From assembly GCA_015680685.1 (NCBI GenBank), contig MNCI01000271.1:93626-157625 (forward strand): a stretch of 64,000 nt of DNA. Direction: 5' to 3'. Shown piece after piece: positions 13,050-26,450 of the stretch. The notes under the pieces were generated by a model. That model had not been told where the DNA came from, did not search any database, and worked only from the letters and a program-made list of their open reading frames with translations. Origin of the DNA: Gnetum montanum. Lineage: Eukaryota > Plantae > Gnetophyta. Position 1 is the first letter of the stretch. Each line of letters begins with the position of its first letter. A program made the translations under genes and the position numbers.

Positions 13050-13636
13050 TAGTTCTACTATTTAGGATCAATGCTCCAATCAAATGGTGAAATTGATAAA
13101 GGTATAAGAAATAGGATTGAAGCGAGATGGTCAAAATAGAGACAAGCTAGTGGTGTTCTATGTGATAAAAGAATCTTAATAAAATTAAAGGGAAAATTTT
13201 ACAGGACAATAATTAGGCATACTATTATATATGGGGTTGAATGTTGGGCAATACAAAAGAGGCATGAATAATAGATTAGTGTGGTAGAAATGCAAATGCT
13301 TGGATGAATGTGGAATGTTACCAGCAGAGATAGATTACACAATACAAACATTAGATGAAGACATGGACTAGCTTCTATTTTAGATAAGTTATAGGAATGA
13401 TGTTTGAGATGCTTTGGGCATGTGCAAAAAAGATTAGGTAAGAAGCCTATGGAAAGGGGTTGTTCCAATATTGCCACTGAAAGGAGAACCAAATAAGACA
13501 TGGGAAAAAATAATTGAAGATGATTTAAAGAAATTTCAAATAAACAAAGATTGAGCTCTTCATAGATTTGAATGGTAGAAATGAACTCATGTAGTTGATC
13601 CTATTTTGTTGGGACAAGGTTAAGATAATTATGATT
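13050..13636 (+). mobile_element. RTE-clade LINE 3' fragment
   Basis: LGSMLQSNGEID...RIEARWSK*RQASGVLCDKRILIKLKGKFYRTIIR...YGVECWA, typical of the plant RTE RT C-terminus. Confidence 0.88.
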
Positions 13637-14112
13637 AATTAAATATTACCTTTCAAAATAAGGTTAGGAGTTAAGGGTAAAGGTTTGAAAAATTGGAAAG
13701 GGAGGCAATTAAATCCATCCGATGTTATAAATCTTTTAATAACTATTGTTAATGTTTTGCAACGTCATGCTTATTTGCTTTTTACCCTTAGTTGCATTTC
13801 AAGTATTTCCGAGTTAAATTTTTATCACCATGGTTGCCTTTATCCCAACAGCATGGGTTAACTTGTCAAGGTAGGTGGTTGATTTTACAATGATTTTAAT
13901 AGCTTTTGTCTACCTGAAAACCTTGAGTATATATTTTTACTGTAACCCTAGGTGGTATGTAATCATTCCCAAGGTGTGTGTTATGTAAATTTTACAAGGA
14001 TGCTGAAAATTAGGGTTGTTTGCTGACCTTCTTGCCAATTCATCTGACTTAACATCTTTTTGTAATTATTTTTTCTACTAACACACTTCATTTGTTGACT
14101 TTTTAATCATTG

Positions 14113-14274
14113 TTTACCATCACTTGGAGGTTCAATGTTTATCCTACAAAGTGGAGTTCTAGGAGGGCTGTTAGATGAGTGAAAGCCTAATCTCTTTTTG
14201 AGTAGCTATGCCTAGGCTTGAACCTGTGCCTTACGAAAAATGAGCACCTTACCATCATTCCAAATAATGGTCCC
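14113..14274 (-). mobile_element. Au-like tRNA-derived SINE remnant
   Basis: Minus strand A-box-like tggaatgatggtaagg, B-box ggttcaagcc, then ...taggct...ccctcctagaactcc, resembling the Au SINE layout. Confidence 0.4.
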
Positions 14275-14648
14275 TTTTAATCGTTACTTATAATACAAAC
14301 TGAAAAAAATAAAAATAAAAATGCTGTCTACCTAACCTGTAATTACAAAATTTGGTTTTATGACCAAGGGAAATATCTCATATCCACTACAGGATATTTC
14401 CGTTTGTCATGAAACCAAATTCTATAGACGTCCTTTTTTTTTTGTTAAAAATCCTGGTAAGTTTTTCATGGCCATGAAAAAATTCAGTTTCTGTTAGCTT
14501 CATGAGTTGGTGATTTGTAAAAGACATGTTAGAGAAGGCGTTTTTGGATTATTCCAAGTATTGTTTATCATGTTATCTTCTCCAAGTTTTTTCAAGCATT
14601 ATATCTAGTAATTATTTCTTTAACTTATGTATTTGCTGTGATCCCCAG

Positions 14649-14736
14649 GCATTTTGCTATGTGCAAAGTCAAAAATTGCTAAAGTGAAGCTAGCATTTGA
14701 TTTTGCTGAGGGAGCCCATTGTATTAGCAACAAGAG
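14649..14736 (+). CDS. PUS5: RNA pseudouridine synthase 5-like, exon C
   Basis: ccccag acceptor; (G)ILLCAKSKIAKVKLAFDFAEGAHCISNK(R) continues motif II (TSG-ILL.AK); phase 1 to phase 2, compatible with neighbouring exons. Confidence 0.9.
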
Positions 14737-16221
14737 GTCATTGACAACACAATTCTCATCTATGACTGTTCCTAGTTTCCTTTTTTAAAGAATGTATTTG
14801 GTTTTATATGTTCAAACAATATATTAATTTTTGTTGGGTGGGAAGCTGAAACCGTGTTTACTACATAAATATCACCATTTACCCATTTTGCATTTTTAGA
14901 GTCACCATATAATATGCACTAGATAAGAGTTGTTCGGCAGCCATAGGCACTTCAAATCTGTAGTCATATCCATAGATCATATAAATATTTTTAAATCTGA
15001 ACTAAAACTGAAATCATCGTTTGACGGTTAAGACCAATAAAAGAATTCAGAGATTGATTGGGTATGGCATTGTTCATTTCATTTAATCTGACACTGTCTA
15101 AATGTAGTGGTCCAAGGCTATCTTGGAAAAATGCATTCTTTTATCAGTAGCTATTTCTATTGGTTTTGATGAAATTCTAGCAGAACATTTAAGAAAGATA
15201 TGGTTTTCATCCTCAATATTGTTATTAGGGAAGACTCTTCGTATTTCTTTTTTATGTGGAATTTCCATTCATTAACATCTTTTTTTTCTTCAATGATGTG
15301 AACTCTTTCATGCCTTATCCTTTGATGCGGTGACATTTTAGTATCTAACTAATCTGCATTTGTTTTAACATCTCTGCCTATTTCTGAATAAAATGTCATA
15401 AGATGTCAACCCACATTACTCCATTTTTGTTTTACTTTTCACCATCAATTGTATGTAAGTTTGAATCTTTAGGCTTTATTTTTTTTAATTTCCCTTGAAA
15501 ATGCTAGAGGTTCTTCTTTAAAAAATTTATTTATTGCAAACTTCTATTTTTTTTCCAACATTGAATGAGCTTACTGGTTGAATTCCCAGTTCGATGCACA
15601 ACTTGTGATCTCATAATTAGAGGTACTTCAACGATAAGCTTTGAGCCTCATAACTTTTAGTTTTTTTTGGATATATGTGATAAGTTGACAAATAGATTTA
15701 GCCTATAAAAGTACTGTATATGTTCCTAATAAGAGAAGTTAATATTGAGTTAAAAATTTCATCTTGAATTTAATAGTTAAAAATTCATTTATTGAGTTCA
15801 AAATCTCATTTTAATTTATTAGATAACAATTCATTGTTCATTAATTGGCTTTATAAAAGTATCAAATTTTTGTTATAATCAGATCTGAAAACACACTACA
15901 AATGCTCTAGAGAAATTATTAGAACCCTACAAATCTGAATAAATCATTAAAGGCAAAGTATTGCGCTGTAGCAGGTCAAGAAATACTATAAAACACTCTC
16001 AAAACGTTCTAAACTCTAGCAAACATTTGCTGTGATAACAAAATGAAAGTAGAATGAAAACAGTAAAAATAGCACAAGAACACAGAGAGTTATGTGGTTC
16101 GGGCCCTTTTTACCCTACTTCCACAACAATGTTGATTTGCCTTCTATTCTTCTCAAATCTTCAGGACACAAGCCGTCCTTGTAACTTTTCCAAACACCCA
16201 ATCTGTTATTCCAACAGATCT

Positions 16222-16927
16222 NNNNNNNNNNNNNNNNNNNNNNNNNNNNNNNNNNNNNNNNNNNNNNNNNNNNNNNNNNNNNNNNNNNNNNNNNNNNNNN
16301 NNNNNNNNNNNNNNNNNNNNNNNNNNNNNNNNNNNNNNNNNNNNNNNNNNNNNNNNNNNNNNNNNNNNNNNNNNNNNNNNNNNNNNNNNNNNNNNNNNNN
16401 NNNNNNNNNNNNNNNNNNNNNNNNNNNNNNNNNNNNNNNNNNNNNNNNNNNNNNNNNNNNNNNNNNNNNNNNNNNNNNNNNNNNNNNNNNNNNNNNNNNN
16501 NNNNNNNNNNNNNNNNNNNNNNNNNNNNNNNNNNNNNNNNNNNNNNNNNNNNNNNNNNNNNNNNNNNNNNNNNNNNNNNNNNNNNNNNNNNNNNNNNNNN
16601 NNNNNNNNNNNNNNNNNNNNNNNNNNNNNNNNNNNNNNNNNNNNNNNNNNNNNNNNNNNNNNNNNNNNNNNNNNNNNNNNNNNNNNNNNNNNNNNNNNNN
16701 NNNNNNNNNNNNNNNNNNNNNNNNNNNNNNNNNNNNNNNNNNNNNNNNNNNNNNNNNNNNNNNNNNNNNNNNNNNNNNNNNNNNNNNNNNNNNNNNNNNN
16801 NNNNNNNNNNNNNNNNNNNNNNNNNNNNNNNNNNNNNNNNNNNNNNNNNNNNNNNNNNNNNNNNNNNNNNNNNNNNNNNNNNNNNNNNNNNNNNNNNNNN
16901 NNNNNNNNNNNNNNNNNNNNNNNNNNN
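16222..16927. other. assembly gap (706 N)
   Basis: N run inside the copia 3' region. Confidence 1.
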
Positions 16928-19900
16928 GGTGTACTTACAGGTTTTGCATCCTCCATGTTGAAACGCTTTAGAACCTTTCCAATGTAATCTTCTTGACTCA
17001 ACCACAAGTTCTTCCTTTTTCTGTTCCTGTAAATATTCATACCAAGAATTTTCTTTTCCTGTCCCAAATCCTTCATAGCAAATTCTTTGCCCATTTCCAA
17101 TTTTAAACGTTTTATCTCTGCTATATCATTTCCAGCAATTAGCATATCATCAACATACAACAACAACACTGTAAATTTACCTGAAACATCTCCAGAAAAA
17201 TACACACAGTGGTCTAGGTTGTTTTTCTGATAAGATAGCTTCTTCATGAAAGTATCAAACCTTTTATACCACTGCCTTGGGGCTTGTTTCAAACCATATA
17301 AACTCTTTTTCAGTTTACAAACCAGACCTGAACCTTGCTGGTCTTCATACCCTTCTGGCTGTTTTATGTAAATTTCCTCCTCCAAATCTCCATGGAGGAA
17401 TGCTATTGTTATATCAAGTTGTTCCAACTCAAAGTCCATGCAGGCCACCAATGATAGCACTAAATGTATAGAAGAGTGTTTTACTACTGGAGAAAAAAAT
17501 TCTTGAAAGTCAATACCTGGTTTCTGTGCATAGCCTTTCACCACCAACCTAGCCTTGAAATGTTTTTCCCCATTTGCTTCTGATTTAATTCTGTATAGCC
17601 ACCTGCACTCCAAGGGCTTTGTCCCATTTGGCAATTGAACTAGCTCCCGGGTTTTGTTCTGTTGGAGTGATTCCCATTCATCATTCATGGCTGCCTTCCA
17701 CTTTGTGGCATCAACATATATCATGGCTTCCTTTATTGTTTCTGGTTCACCACTATCGCTGTAAAGTACATAATTCAATGAGGGAGACTACCTGTTAAGA
17801 TGTCTGGTAGTTCTGGTTGACCTTTTAACCCAATGAGACACATCTATAGCTTGTTGTTCATCATCTTCTACCTCATTTTCTTGTTGTCCTACATTTTCTC
17901 CTTGCTGTCCTAAGTTCTCAGCTTGCTGCCATGTACTTTCAGCATGTTGTCTAAAGTTTCCAGATCTGAAAAATCCATGAATTTCATCATTTTCAATTTC
18001 TTTAGTCACCCTAAAAGGAGTTCTTATGCTTTCTGAGCCATTTCTGTCATTGTCTTTCTTTTGCAGCTCACTAAACATCACATTTTCTTTGAATTTAACG
18101 TCCCTTGATCTCACTACATGTTTCAATTCAGGATCCCAAAGTCTGAATCCTAACTCATCTTCTCCATATCTAACAAATATGCAACTTTTAGCCCTATCCT
18201 CTAACTTAGTTCTGTTTTCCTTTAGAATATGCATAAATGCCACACATCCAAAAACTCTTAAATGACTGTATGAAACGTTTTTACCTTTCCAAACAACTTC
18301 TGGAATAGCATTATCAATTGAAGAATGTGGAGACCTGTTCACCAAATATGCAGCAGTCATAACTGCCTCTCCCCAAAATGTCTTAGGTAGGCCTGCACCT
18401 AGCACAATCCAGCAATGTTCTGTTGCATCTTTCAGCAACTCCATTTTCTTGTGGTATACTAGGAGGGGTACGAATGTGCCTAATTCCTTTGATGTTGCAA
18501 AAATCAGCAAATACTTTAGAAGTGTACTCCCCACCATTATCAGTTTGCAAATATTTTATTTTCAGACCTGTTTCATTTTCTACTTTTGCAACAAATGTTT
18601 TGAAAGCTGAAAACACTTCATTTTTTGATTTCAGCATATAAACCCAAACCTTCCTTGTACAATCATCTATGAAAGTCACAAAATAAATAGATCCACCAAG
18701 AGAAATGGGAACAAACATCAGAATAAACCAATTCGAACTTATTTTTCTTTCTGCTGTCCAAATCCCTACGAAAGTTTACTCTCTTAGATTTTCCAACTAA
18801 ACAGTCTTTGCAATCAGTTTGAGCATAAGAAAATACAGGAATGAGAGTCTAATTTGGAAGTACCTTTAAGCTTGACCAGCCAATGTGTCCAAGATGTCTA
18901 TGTCACACTTCAGAATTTTCTGTATTAGAAACTGTTGCAATGGAGTTGCATGAATTTGCCATTAATGTATATAAGCTGCCCTCCTTCTTTCCTTTCAGAA
19001 TGGTCATGATTCCCTTGGAAATCCTCCAATGTCCACCTCTACTACTAAAATTCAGACCTGAATCATCCACCTGTGGAACTGAAATCAACTTCTTTGTAAC
19101 TTCAGGAACATGTCTAACTTTATCTATTGTCACCTTTGGCATCCTTGCTTGTTGCAGACTTGTACTTCCAATTCCAAGAACTTTTAAAGCTTTTCCATTA
19201 GCAGCATATACAAAACTAGATTCAACTTTATGATAAGATGCAAAACAAGACTTATCTGGACAAATATGAAAGGAGGCACCTGAGTCAATCAACCAGATGT
19301 CACTGCTACATCCATCTACCACCATTGTACATTGTTCTTGAATCAGAAAACTAACATTTTCATCAGCTACATGTACCTCTGATGTTCCTTCTTCTGACTT
19401 CTTCTCCTTTCCTTTATTTTTCTGTGCTTTCCATGCAAAGCAATCCTTCTTCAAATGACCTTTCTTCTTGCAGTACCAGCACTCTTGAGTTTGAGTTCTG
19501 CCATGTGATACTCCTTTGTCCGTGCTTCTCCCCCTACTTGGGAAACGTCTCCTACTTCTACCTCTTTCCTCTGCTACATGAACATTTCCAGATTTAGAAG
19601 ACTCATCTACTCTTCCTTCTGAATCCTGAAGGGTAGACACAACCTGTTCAAATGTCATAGATGAAACACTCATAGAAGTAGTAATAGATGTCACAATTGC
19701 AGACCAGGAATCAAGTAAGGAGTCTAACAAAGCATAGGATTTAACTAAATTTGAAATAACAATTTTATATTCCTCCAACTTATTCAGATTTGCCATCATC
19801 TCATCCAAATGATTTTGAAAAGACACATTAGATCTCTTCTTGCATCTAAAAACTTTCTGATAAATGTGAAAGGTATTCAAACCTGATACTTTGTCAAACC

Positions 19901-20117
19901 TATTCTTCAGCGTTTGCCACAGATCATGCGGATCCATATCAGGTTTGATTGAGGCCAAAATCCCATTGCTTAGGGTTGGATGAATGAAAGATAATGCTGG
20001 TTGAGAAGGTTCTAGGGCCTCTTGGCACTCCTTTTGTGCTAAAAAAGCCCTCATCAAAATGCTCTAAACGTTCCAGTTCCTTCCTATCAATCTTTCCGTT
20101 GTTTGTAGCCTCTCCAT
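16928..20117 (-). pseudogene. copia gag-pol polyprotein (frameshifted, with stops)
   Basis: Gag knuckle CWYCKKKGHLKKDC, protease WLIDSGASFHIC, integrase TDNGGEY and [30 protein letters not shown] and YVDDMLI. Confidence 0.93.
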
Positions 20118-20623
20118 CTCTTTAAATCTAGCTCCGATACTAGTTGTTATAATCAGATCTGAAAACAATTAGATTTGAAAACACACTACAAATGCTCTAG
20201 AGAAATAATTAGAACCCTACAGATCTGAATAAATCATTAGAGGCAAAATATTGCGCTGTAGTAGGTCAAGAAACACTATAAAACACTCTCAAAACGTGCT
20301 AAACTCTAGCAAACATTTGCTGTGGTAACAAAATGAAAGCAGAATGAAAATAGTAAAAATAGCACAAGAACACATAGAGTTATGTGGTTCGGGCCCTTTT
20401 TACCCTACTTCCACAACAATGCTGATCTGCCTTCTATTCTTCTCAAATCTTCAGGACACAAGCCGTCCTTGTAACTTTTCCAAACACCTAATCTATTATT
20501 CCAACAGATCTCAGATCAACACCAACAAGACTCACGTCTCCAAGGTAAAACCTTGATACAATGCTTTCACTTCAAAGCACACCCTAAAGGCTACCCCAAG
20601 CTTTCTATTTATGAAGAAACATG

Positions 20624-20730
20624 AGGACCAAACCCCAATCCTAATACATGTGGAATAAAACACCAAGCCTCCTATTTATGAGGAAACATGAGGACCAAAC
20701 CCCAATCCTAATACATGTGGGATAAAACAC
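20624..20730. repeat. ~65-bp tandem duplication inside the copia LTR
   Basis: ctatttatgaRgaaacatgaggaccaaaccccaatcctaatacatgtggRataaaacac occurs twice. Confidence 0.85.
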
Positions 20731-21127
20731 ATCCCCACATCAAATGCAACATAAAAAGAAATACAACAATTAATGTATTTGTCTTCATTTTTCCAACAAT
20801 TTTGTCTCCTAAGTTTTCACCGTGGCATGCCTTTCTTTTTCCAATTGTTTTTAGAGAGCATATAAAACTTTTCAAAAGCTTGCAACTTTTTGTGCTACAC
20901 TATGAGTCTTTACTACATTTTAAACCTAAATTTTTGCAGGAGCACAATATGTTAATGTTATTGTCTCATATCCAAATGTTTACAACTTAAACATCAAGTT
21001 AGCTTGTAGCTTGACCCCATTACAAGCATCATGCTGATTTGAATTAAAAATTAAGGTTACTGAAAAATCTATTTGTAAAGTAATTACGCCATAATGAAAT
21101 TGAAACTGAATTTTTACTTACATTGTC

Positions 21128-23470
21128 TTTTTTTTGGGGAGAAAAGTTGGCCAGATAAATAAATTAAGAATAAAAGAAAATATATACAATCAGGACCTAG
21201 ATCCAAAAACAGGGGAGACACACCCCCTGGGGACTTAATTCTGGAACCCACCATTATGCCTGGGGAACACCCTTAGGCCACAAAAAGCAGAAACCATTAG
21301 AGCAAAATGGGTCCCTGAAAATTGGCCTTTTGCAGCATACCGCATTTGACTAGGAAGCATCCGAGAAACATGAAAACAGATCAGCAGAAAAAACAAAAGA
21401 ACAAAGACATACCAGGACAGTATCAAACAAAACCAACAATTCACCTTAGAAAACCAACCACCATGAACCCAACAGACACCCAGTCAAGAATTTCTATTTG
21501 GTGTTTAGAAGCCATGAATGTAGTAGCCTGCTAGAACCAAATAAATTCCTTTTCCTTCCACTGCCCTTCCTTTGCAGGCTGATTTTTTGTTTTATCCCAA
21601 TGGAACCTAGTAGCAACTGAGCGAATGTAGCATCTCAACGTGTCCCATGACACATTTTTGTTGATGTCCATAATTATATAGGGGTAGCATCCCTCTAGTA
21701 GCCAACGTTTGGCTTCAAACTTGTGAGCTTGATCGAGTCACTTACTCATCTACTGCTCTTCGAAAAAAGTCCTGGCTCTTTGTGCTTTAGATTCTTCCTT
21801 TACATATTTTTGATCCACCTCCTTTTGGAGGATTTTTGCCTAAGCTCTTTCTTCCTTTCCTGCCAGATACTAGCCTCTTGATGCTTGTGTTGTCTTCATA
21901 CCTCCTCGGCCTCCTCACGAAGTTGGCAGCACTTGACCTGGGCCCTTGCTTGAACATCTAGTGCATGTTGGAAGATAACCGCCTTCCATCAAATCCTTTC
22001 CTTCTCATGAACCCTAGCCTTAGTTTCCGCCATTGCCTATTGGAGCCTATCTTCCAGATCATCAGGCCCCTTCCTTCTCTCATCCTAAGCATCCATTGAA
22101 ACCCCAACTTCAAGAACTATTTGATCAGCAAAAGAACAATAGCGCATCATGGATGTCAGATAATTTGATAGTTGATGTCTAGTACCGACGCAAGTCTTTC
22201 CTGACGGACCAGTTGGTAAACTGCCCCAACTTCCCCTTGCGGTTGCGTTGAGGACGAGTCTTGAGAAACCCCCATAGTTGAGGTTGAGGAAGACAAGGCA
22301 CCCTCATGCACACCCCTCCTACAGTAAACATGGGTAAAAGGGACAAGTCAAACAAGAGGTTCCACAAGCTACGCAGCCCACCATAGGGCTAGAATAAGCC
22401 CCAAGGGCCTCCCCTTACGTTCATGGCGCAAAGATGCTAGAAAGAACATTGGGAGATTTACTGGTTGTGCATCCCTCATGTAATGCAGGAAGGCAAAGTG
22501 AGCCTCTTGTAACTTCCATGTGTTGTCGGATTGCACGAAGTAACGATCAACCAACTCAGCCGCCTTTTGTTAGAGTGGAGGTAGAGCAGACCGTGGAACT
22601 TGCCCATTGGTAGTCTTAGGGACAGGCTCGACAAATCTTAGATCTATTGGACAAAGTAGTTTAAGAATTCCTTTTATGGAATTTTTTTAACCTCCCAACT
22701 CAGTGCTGCCCTTTTGGAATTGAACCTATGACATGTGGTTTCCATGTCAAGGTTCTTACAATTCCATTCTCATTCTTTACAATTCCATGAGAGGATCTTT
22801 ATGGTCTACTACGAGCCCTCTATGGTAGATCTCATTTAGGGTTCTTTGGCTACTTAATTTAATATTTTTCTAGATATGTCTTTGGTGTGTCATAATGGTT
22901 GTTGGATGTCCAACCTTGTGCTTGATCTCCACCTCATGGCTTGCCCCAAACAACGGGTAGTTTTTAGAATTTGACACTTGACATTTGGTGAGACACCTCC
23001 TGGGCCACTGTGAGGGGACAACAAACCCTTGCATAGTGGTCATCCATGGTCCCAAAGGAGGAAGCTCTTGCTTGATGAAATCTCTGGGCCTCCCTAAACC
23101 CCCTTCAGTAGCAGCAATGTCCTCATCCTTTATGACCTCATCCATGGGTGTTGTAATTGCCCTGTTAGGTCCAACTTTAAAAGCAAGTTCAACATCAACC
23201 ACAAGCTCTTGCTCTGATTCTACATTTGTCTTTGCCATTTCCTAAAAACGATTCTTTTGCATTAGTTTTGACTTGTCATCCATGGTTGTCCTAGGAGTGT
23301 TCCTGTTTTGACTTTTGAAAAGCTGAGGTCACTAGCCTTGAACCCTCTGGTTGACTTGGAGAGCTACCCCCTCTTTGGGGATGACCTTTAGGTTGAAGAG
23401 GTTATTCTCTCTATTGCTTTAGTATCTTGCAGTCCTTGGTTTGTTGATTCTATTTTCTTTTGAAGAATGA
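21128..23470 (-). mobile_element. L1 LINE internal-deletion derivative B (ORF1 3' end, first ORF2 codons, accessory module, J-domain)
   Basis: T-tract at 21128-21135; ORF1 end and IKILSWNC at ~22800; resumes at FVEPVPKT...LVDRYFVQ...VNLPMFFLASL; coiled coil then YPYIIMDIN...RFHWDK; no EN or RT. Confidence 0.75.
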
Positions 23471-23500
23471 TTGTGAATAAAGATGTCTATTCTTATGTTT

Positions 23501-25630
23501 CTTTTTTTGAGAAAAGCTCAAGAATATATTATAGCCAAAAAATAGTTACAAACATCAGGAAAGGGGGGAGGAACACCCCCAGAAACAACAACTAGGGGAG
23601 AAGAACACCCGAGAAGGGGTTGGAGCTTCCCAAAAATAATATCCCAAAATAGCTATGTACATTTTCAAGAAATAACAAAAGAGACAAAATGGACCAATCT
23701 TAGGGCCCCAATATACCAGACTTGGCAAAACCTCTTTTGAATCCACTTCCTAAAAACCCCACAAACCAAACTAGACACTCCTACTTAAATCTAGTAAAGG
23801 TTGCCATCAAATAGGATGAGGGAGTTGGTGCAAGGGTAGTGTGGCCTTTCTTGCATGTGGGCTAAGTCTAGAATATCCCTATGGTGCTCGAACACAACAA
23901 AAGCAACAACCTTCTAGAATTCCTTATACTATTCTTCCCTTTGCACCTGCACCTCTACATCTAGGTCTCTAGCCTTGTTTGGGTGGAGCTTGCTAGATGT
24001 GGTTTTGATAAATTTCCTCAACTTGGCCTAGGATGCATTTCTGTTGACACTTATAACCACACATGGGCACTTCCCCATCCGTAGCCAGTGTTGTCTCATG
24101 AGCAACATCTTGATTTCTCTTCATTTGTTGCTCTTCTAGAAAGGCATGGGTTTGCTGCTCTTCCTTCTCATCCTCCTTCTCTTGATGCTCTTGTTCCTCC
24201 CTGTAGAGGTCCTCTCTGATTTGGGCTTGTAGTTGATTCTCTAGCACACTACTGAGCACTAGTTCCCTCAGCTCTTGTTGGGATTGCTTTGCTGGGGCTC
24301 TGTCCCTTTCTTGCAGCTCCTTCTCCCACCTCTATGCTAGCTTTTCCTAGTTCTTCCTTTCCAGCTCCATCGCCCACTTGACCTGTTCTTTGGCCTTTAC
24401 CCTTACCTCAATCTTAGATGAATTTAGCCTCAAGCTCATGGTGGATCTTCTCCTCCGATTGTTGCATTTGTTGTTAAAACGTTAGTTGTTGGTATGTGGT
24501 TGACTCTTGCCAGTCAGAGCACTCCTTGGCCCATAGTAGCCCCTCGGTTTCGTCACACTAGTTGGAGTAGAGGACAAAGATACCCCCTCCTAGCATGGGC
24601 CACACCACTTGTACATTGTGCCAAAAGAGTAGGGCCTCACTGAAACTAGCTCTTGTAGCTTGGCCATTGTCCAAAGGGCCAAAATGAGGCCGAGGTCATG
24701 GCCCTGACTCCCCCAATGGAGGGAGGTGAGGAAGAACTTTGGCAAGTTCACCCATTAGTTGAGCTATAAGCAATGGGGAAATGCAAAATGCACCCCTTGT
24801 AGTTTCTAAATGTTACTAGATTGGATGAAGAACTTGCCCACCCGTCAACGTTTGCTGATTCTATTTACCATAGAATTGACACTTTTTTTTTTTGGGTTGG
24901 TGTAGGTTTGTTTCCAGAGGAGGGTTTGACTCAAGGAGCCCCAACTGAAAAATCTACCCAGGCAAGGCAAGAGCAATGTCAAATTCTACAGTAAGGGTTT
25001 CAACCCTTGCAGTTGTCTCAATCTGGATCTCTGAGACCAAATTGTCCATCTAAAGGATTTGCCATATACAGAAATGGGCAAAGCGAATTCTACTTCTGGA
25101 TGTAGTGAATTTATCAAACAAAATGAACTTGCCAAAAAAAAAAAAAAAAAAAAAAAAAAAAACAAAGAAAACCTAGCAAGGGTTTGTAGAAAGGAGTTGG
25201 ACTAGGCCTCCTAAGGCAACCTAGACTCCTCAATTTAGAGAAGGATGTGGTCAAGCAAATAAGGATCTCTATGGGCTTTGGATGCCAATATGTTAGGGCA
25301 AAACCGTAGTGCCAAAGAACCAGGGCCCAACAAAAGTACCATATCCTTGTCACCATCAAACAAGAAAGCAAAGAGCAGCAAGTTCCTTGTTAGAGCCTGA
25401 ATCTCAACATGAATCTTCCAAGAGGAAGCAACCCACTTCACAAGTTGCTCCAGCCTTGGATGATGTTTGGAAGAGTCAAACTTCTAATAAGACATGTTAC
25501 CAAAGCGTATCCTCCCTTTTAGCTAACAACTCCTCTACTACTTTGATCTATAGCTTGCCCTTGACAAATACAACTTCCTTGATATCCCCATCTCCTAGAA
25601 CCTAGTTCAACATCCTCTTTCGATTCATTG
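23501..25630 (-). mobile_element. L1 LINE internal-deletion derivative C (DUF4283-like ORF1 joined to accessory module and J-domain)
   Basis: T-tract at 23502-23508; RNLLLFAF..DKDMVLLLGP (ORF1) joined near 24850 to VGKFFIQSSN..KLQGVHFAF; E/Q-rich coil; CPCVVISVN...KLHPNK. Confidence 0.75.
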
Positions 25631-25989
25631 ATTTTCAGATATTGTTGATTCTTCTTTCACATGGTTCTCACCTACTATTTTCCATAACTTAATAATGACC
25701 CAAAATTGTAATTCTTCTCTAGTTACCATAGTTTTAAATGTTTCCCTTGTTCTTGTAAATGGGTACTATAATGCCATTCTCTAGGATCTTATTGAATAAA
25801 TATGTCAATTAAGTAATTGCTTTTATCTCCCATATACTTCCAAATCTCGGTAAAAAATAACCATTGTTAATGTTTTCATGATTTTTAAAATCTAAAATGG
25901 TGTTTAAATTTTTCACTTTCATACAATATGAAAAGTATTTTTTTTGTTTTAAATATTAACAATTAGAATAATTACTGAAACGAAAACTA

Positions 25990-26450
25990 TAATTTTATTA
26001 TCTCTGTAGATCCTTTGGTCTATTGGACAGCAGAAATATATATGCTATGACTTTTGAAACCATCATTAATAAAATTACCAAGTGTTTTTGGTAAGATTTG
26101 GAACAAATCAACCAAATATGCAATTGTAATATCCCATCTACGTCTAATATGCTCAGATGTAAGACATTGCAAGAAGAATTTTGAGCCATGTACCCATTTC
26201 AACTCTCTGATGATGAGATGATGAGATCCAGTTTGTTCTTTGCTAATTGTGCATTGCAAATGATGAGGAATAGCAGTAGATAAATAGTTTGCCTTTGTGT
26301 TAAGGCCTCTCCTAACATTATTTGAATAGAAATGTTTTTTCCTTAGACATTTTCCCAAAGTTTTTTGAATATTCCATTTTATAAGCCATAGAACTCCCTC
26401 ACAAAGCTTTTCTTTATCATGGGTTTCCATGATCACTTTTTTAGAGGATT
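25990..26450 (-). mobile_element. possible hAT transposase remnant
   Basis: Frameshifted MG(Y)M...IRRRWD-LQLH resembles the hAT 'MGY...IDxRWDxQLH' stretch; heavily decayed. Confidence 0.3.

Larger units (their letters stand above)
15871..20798 (-). mobile_element. Ty1/copia LTR retrotransposon, near full length, decayed
   Basis: LTRs at 20145-20798 (TG..CA) and from 15871 into the N gap; TSD ATTTT at 15866-15870 and 20799-20803; tRNA-Met PBS-like gctccgatacta at 20131-20142; domain order gag-PR-IN-RT. Confidence 0.95.

Noticed and set aside
16054-17005. Long ORFs of 296-305 aa in the ORF track
   Set aside because: Artefacts of translation through the N gap
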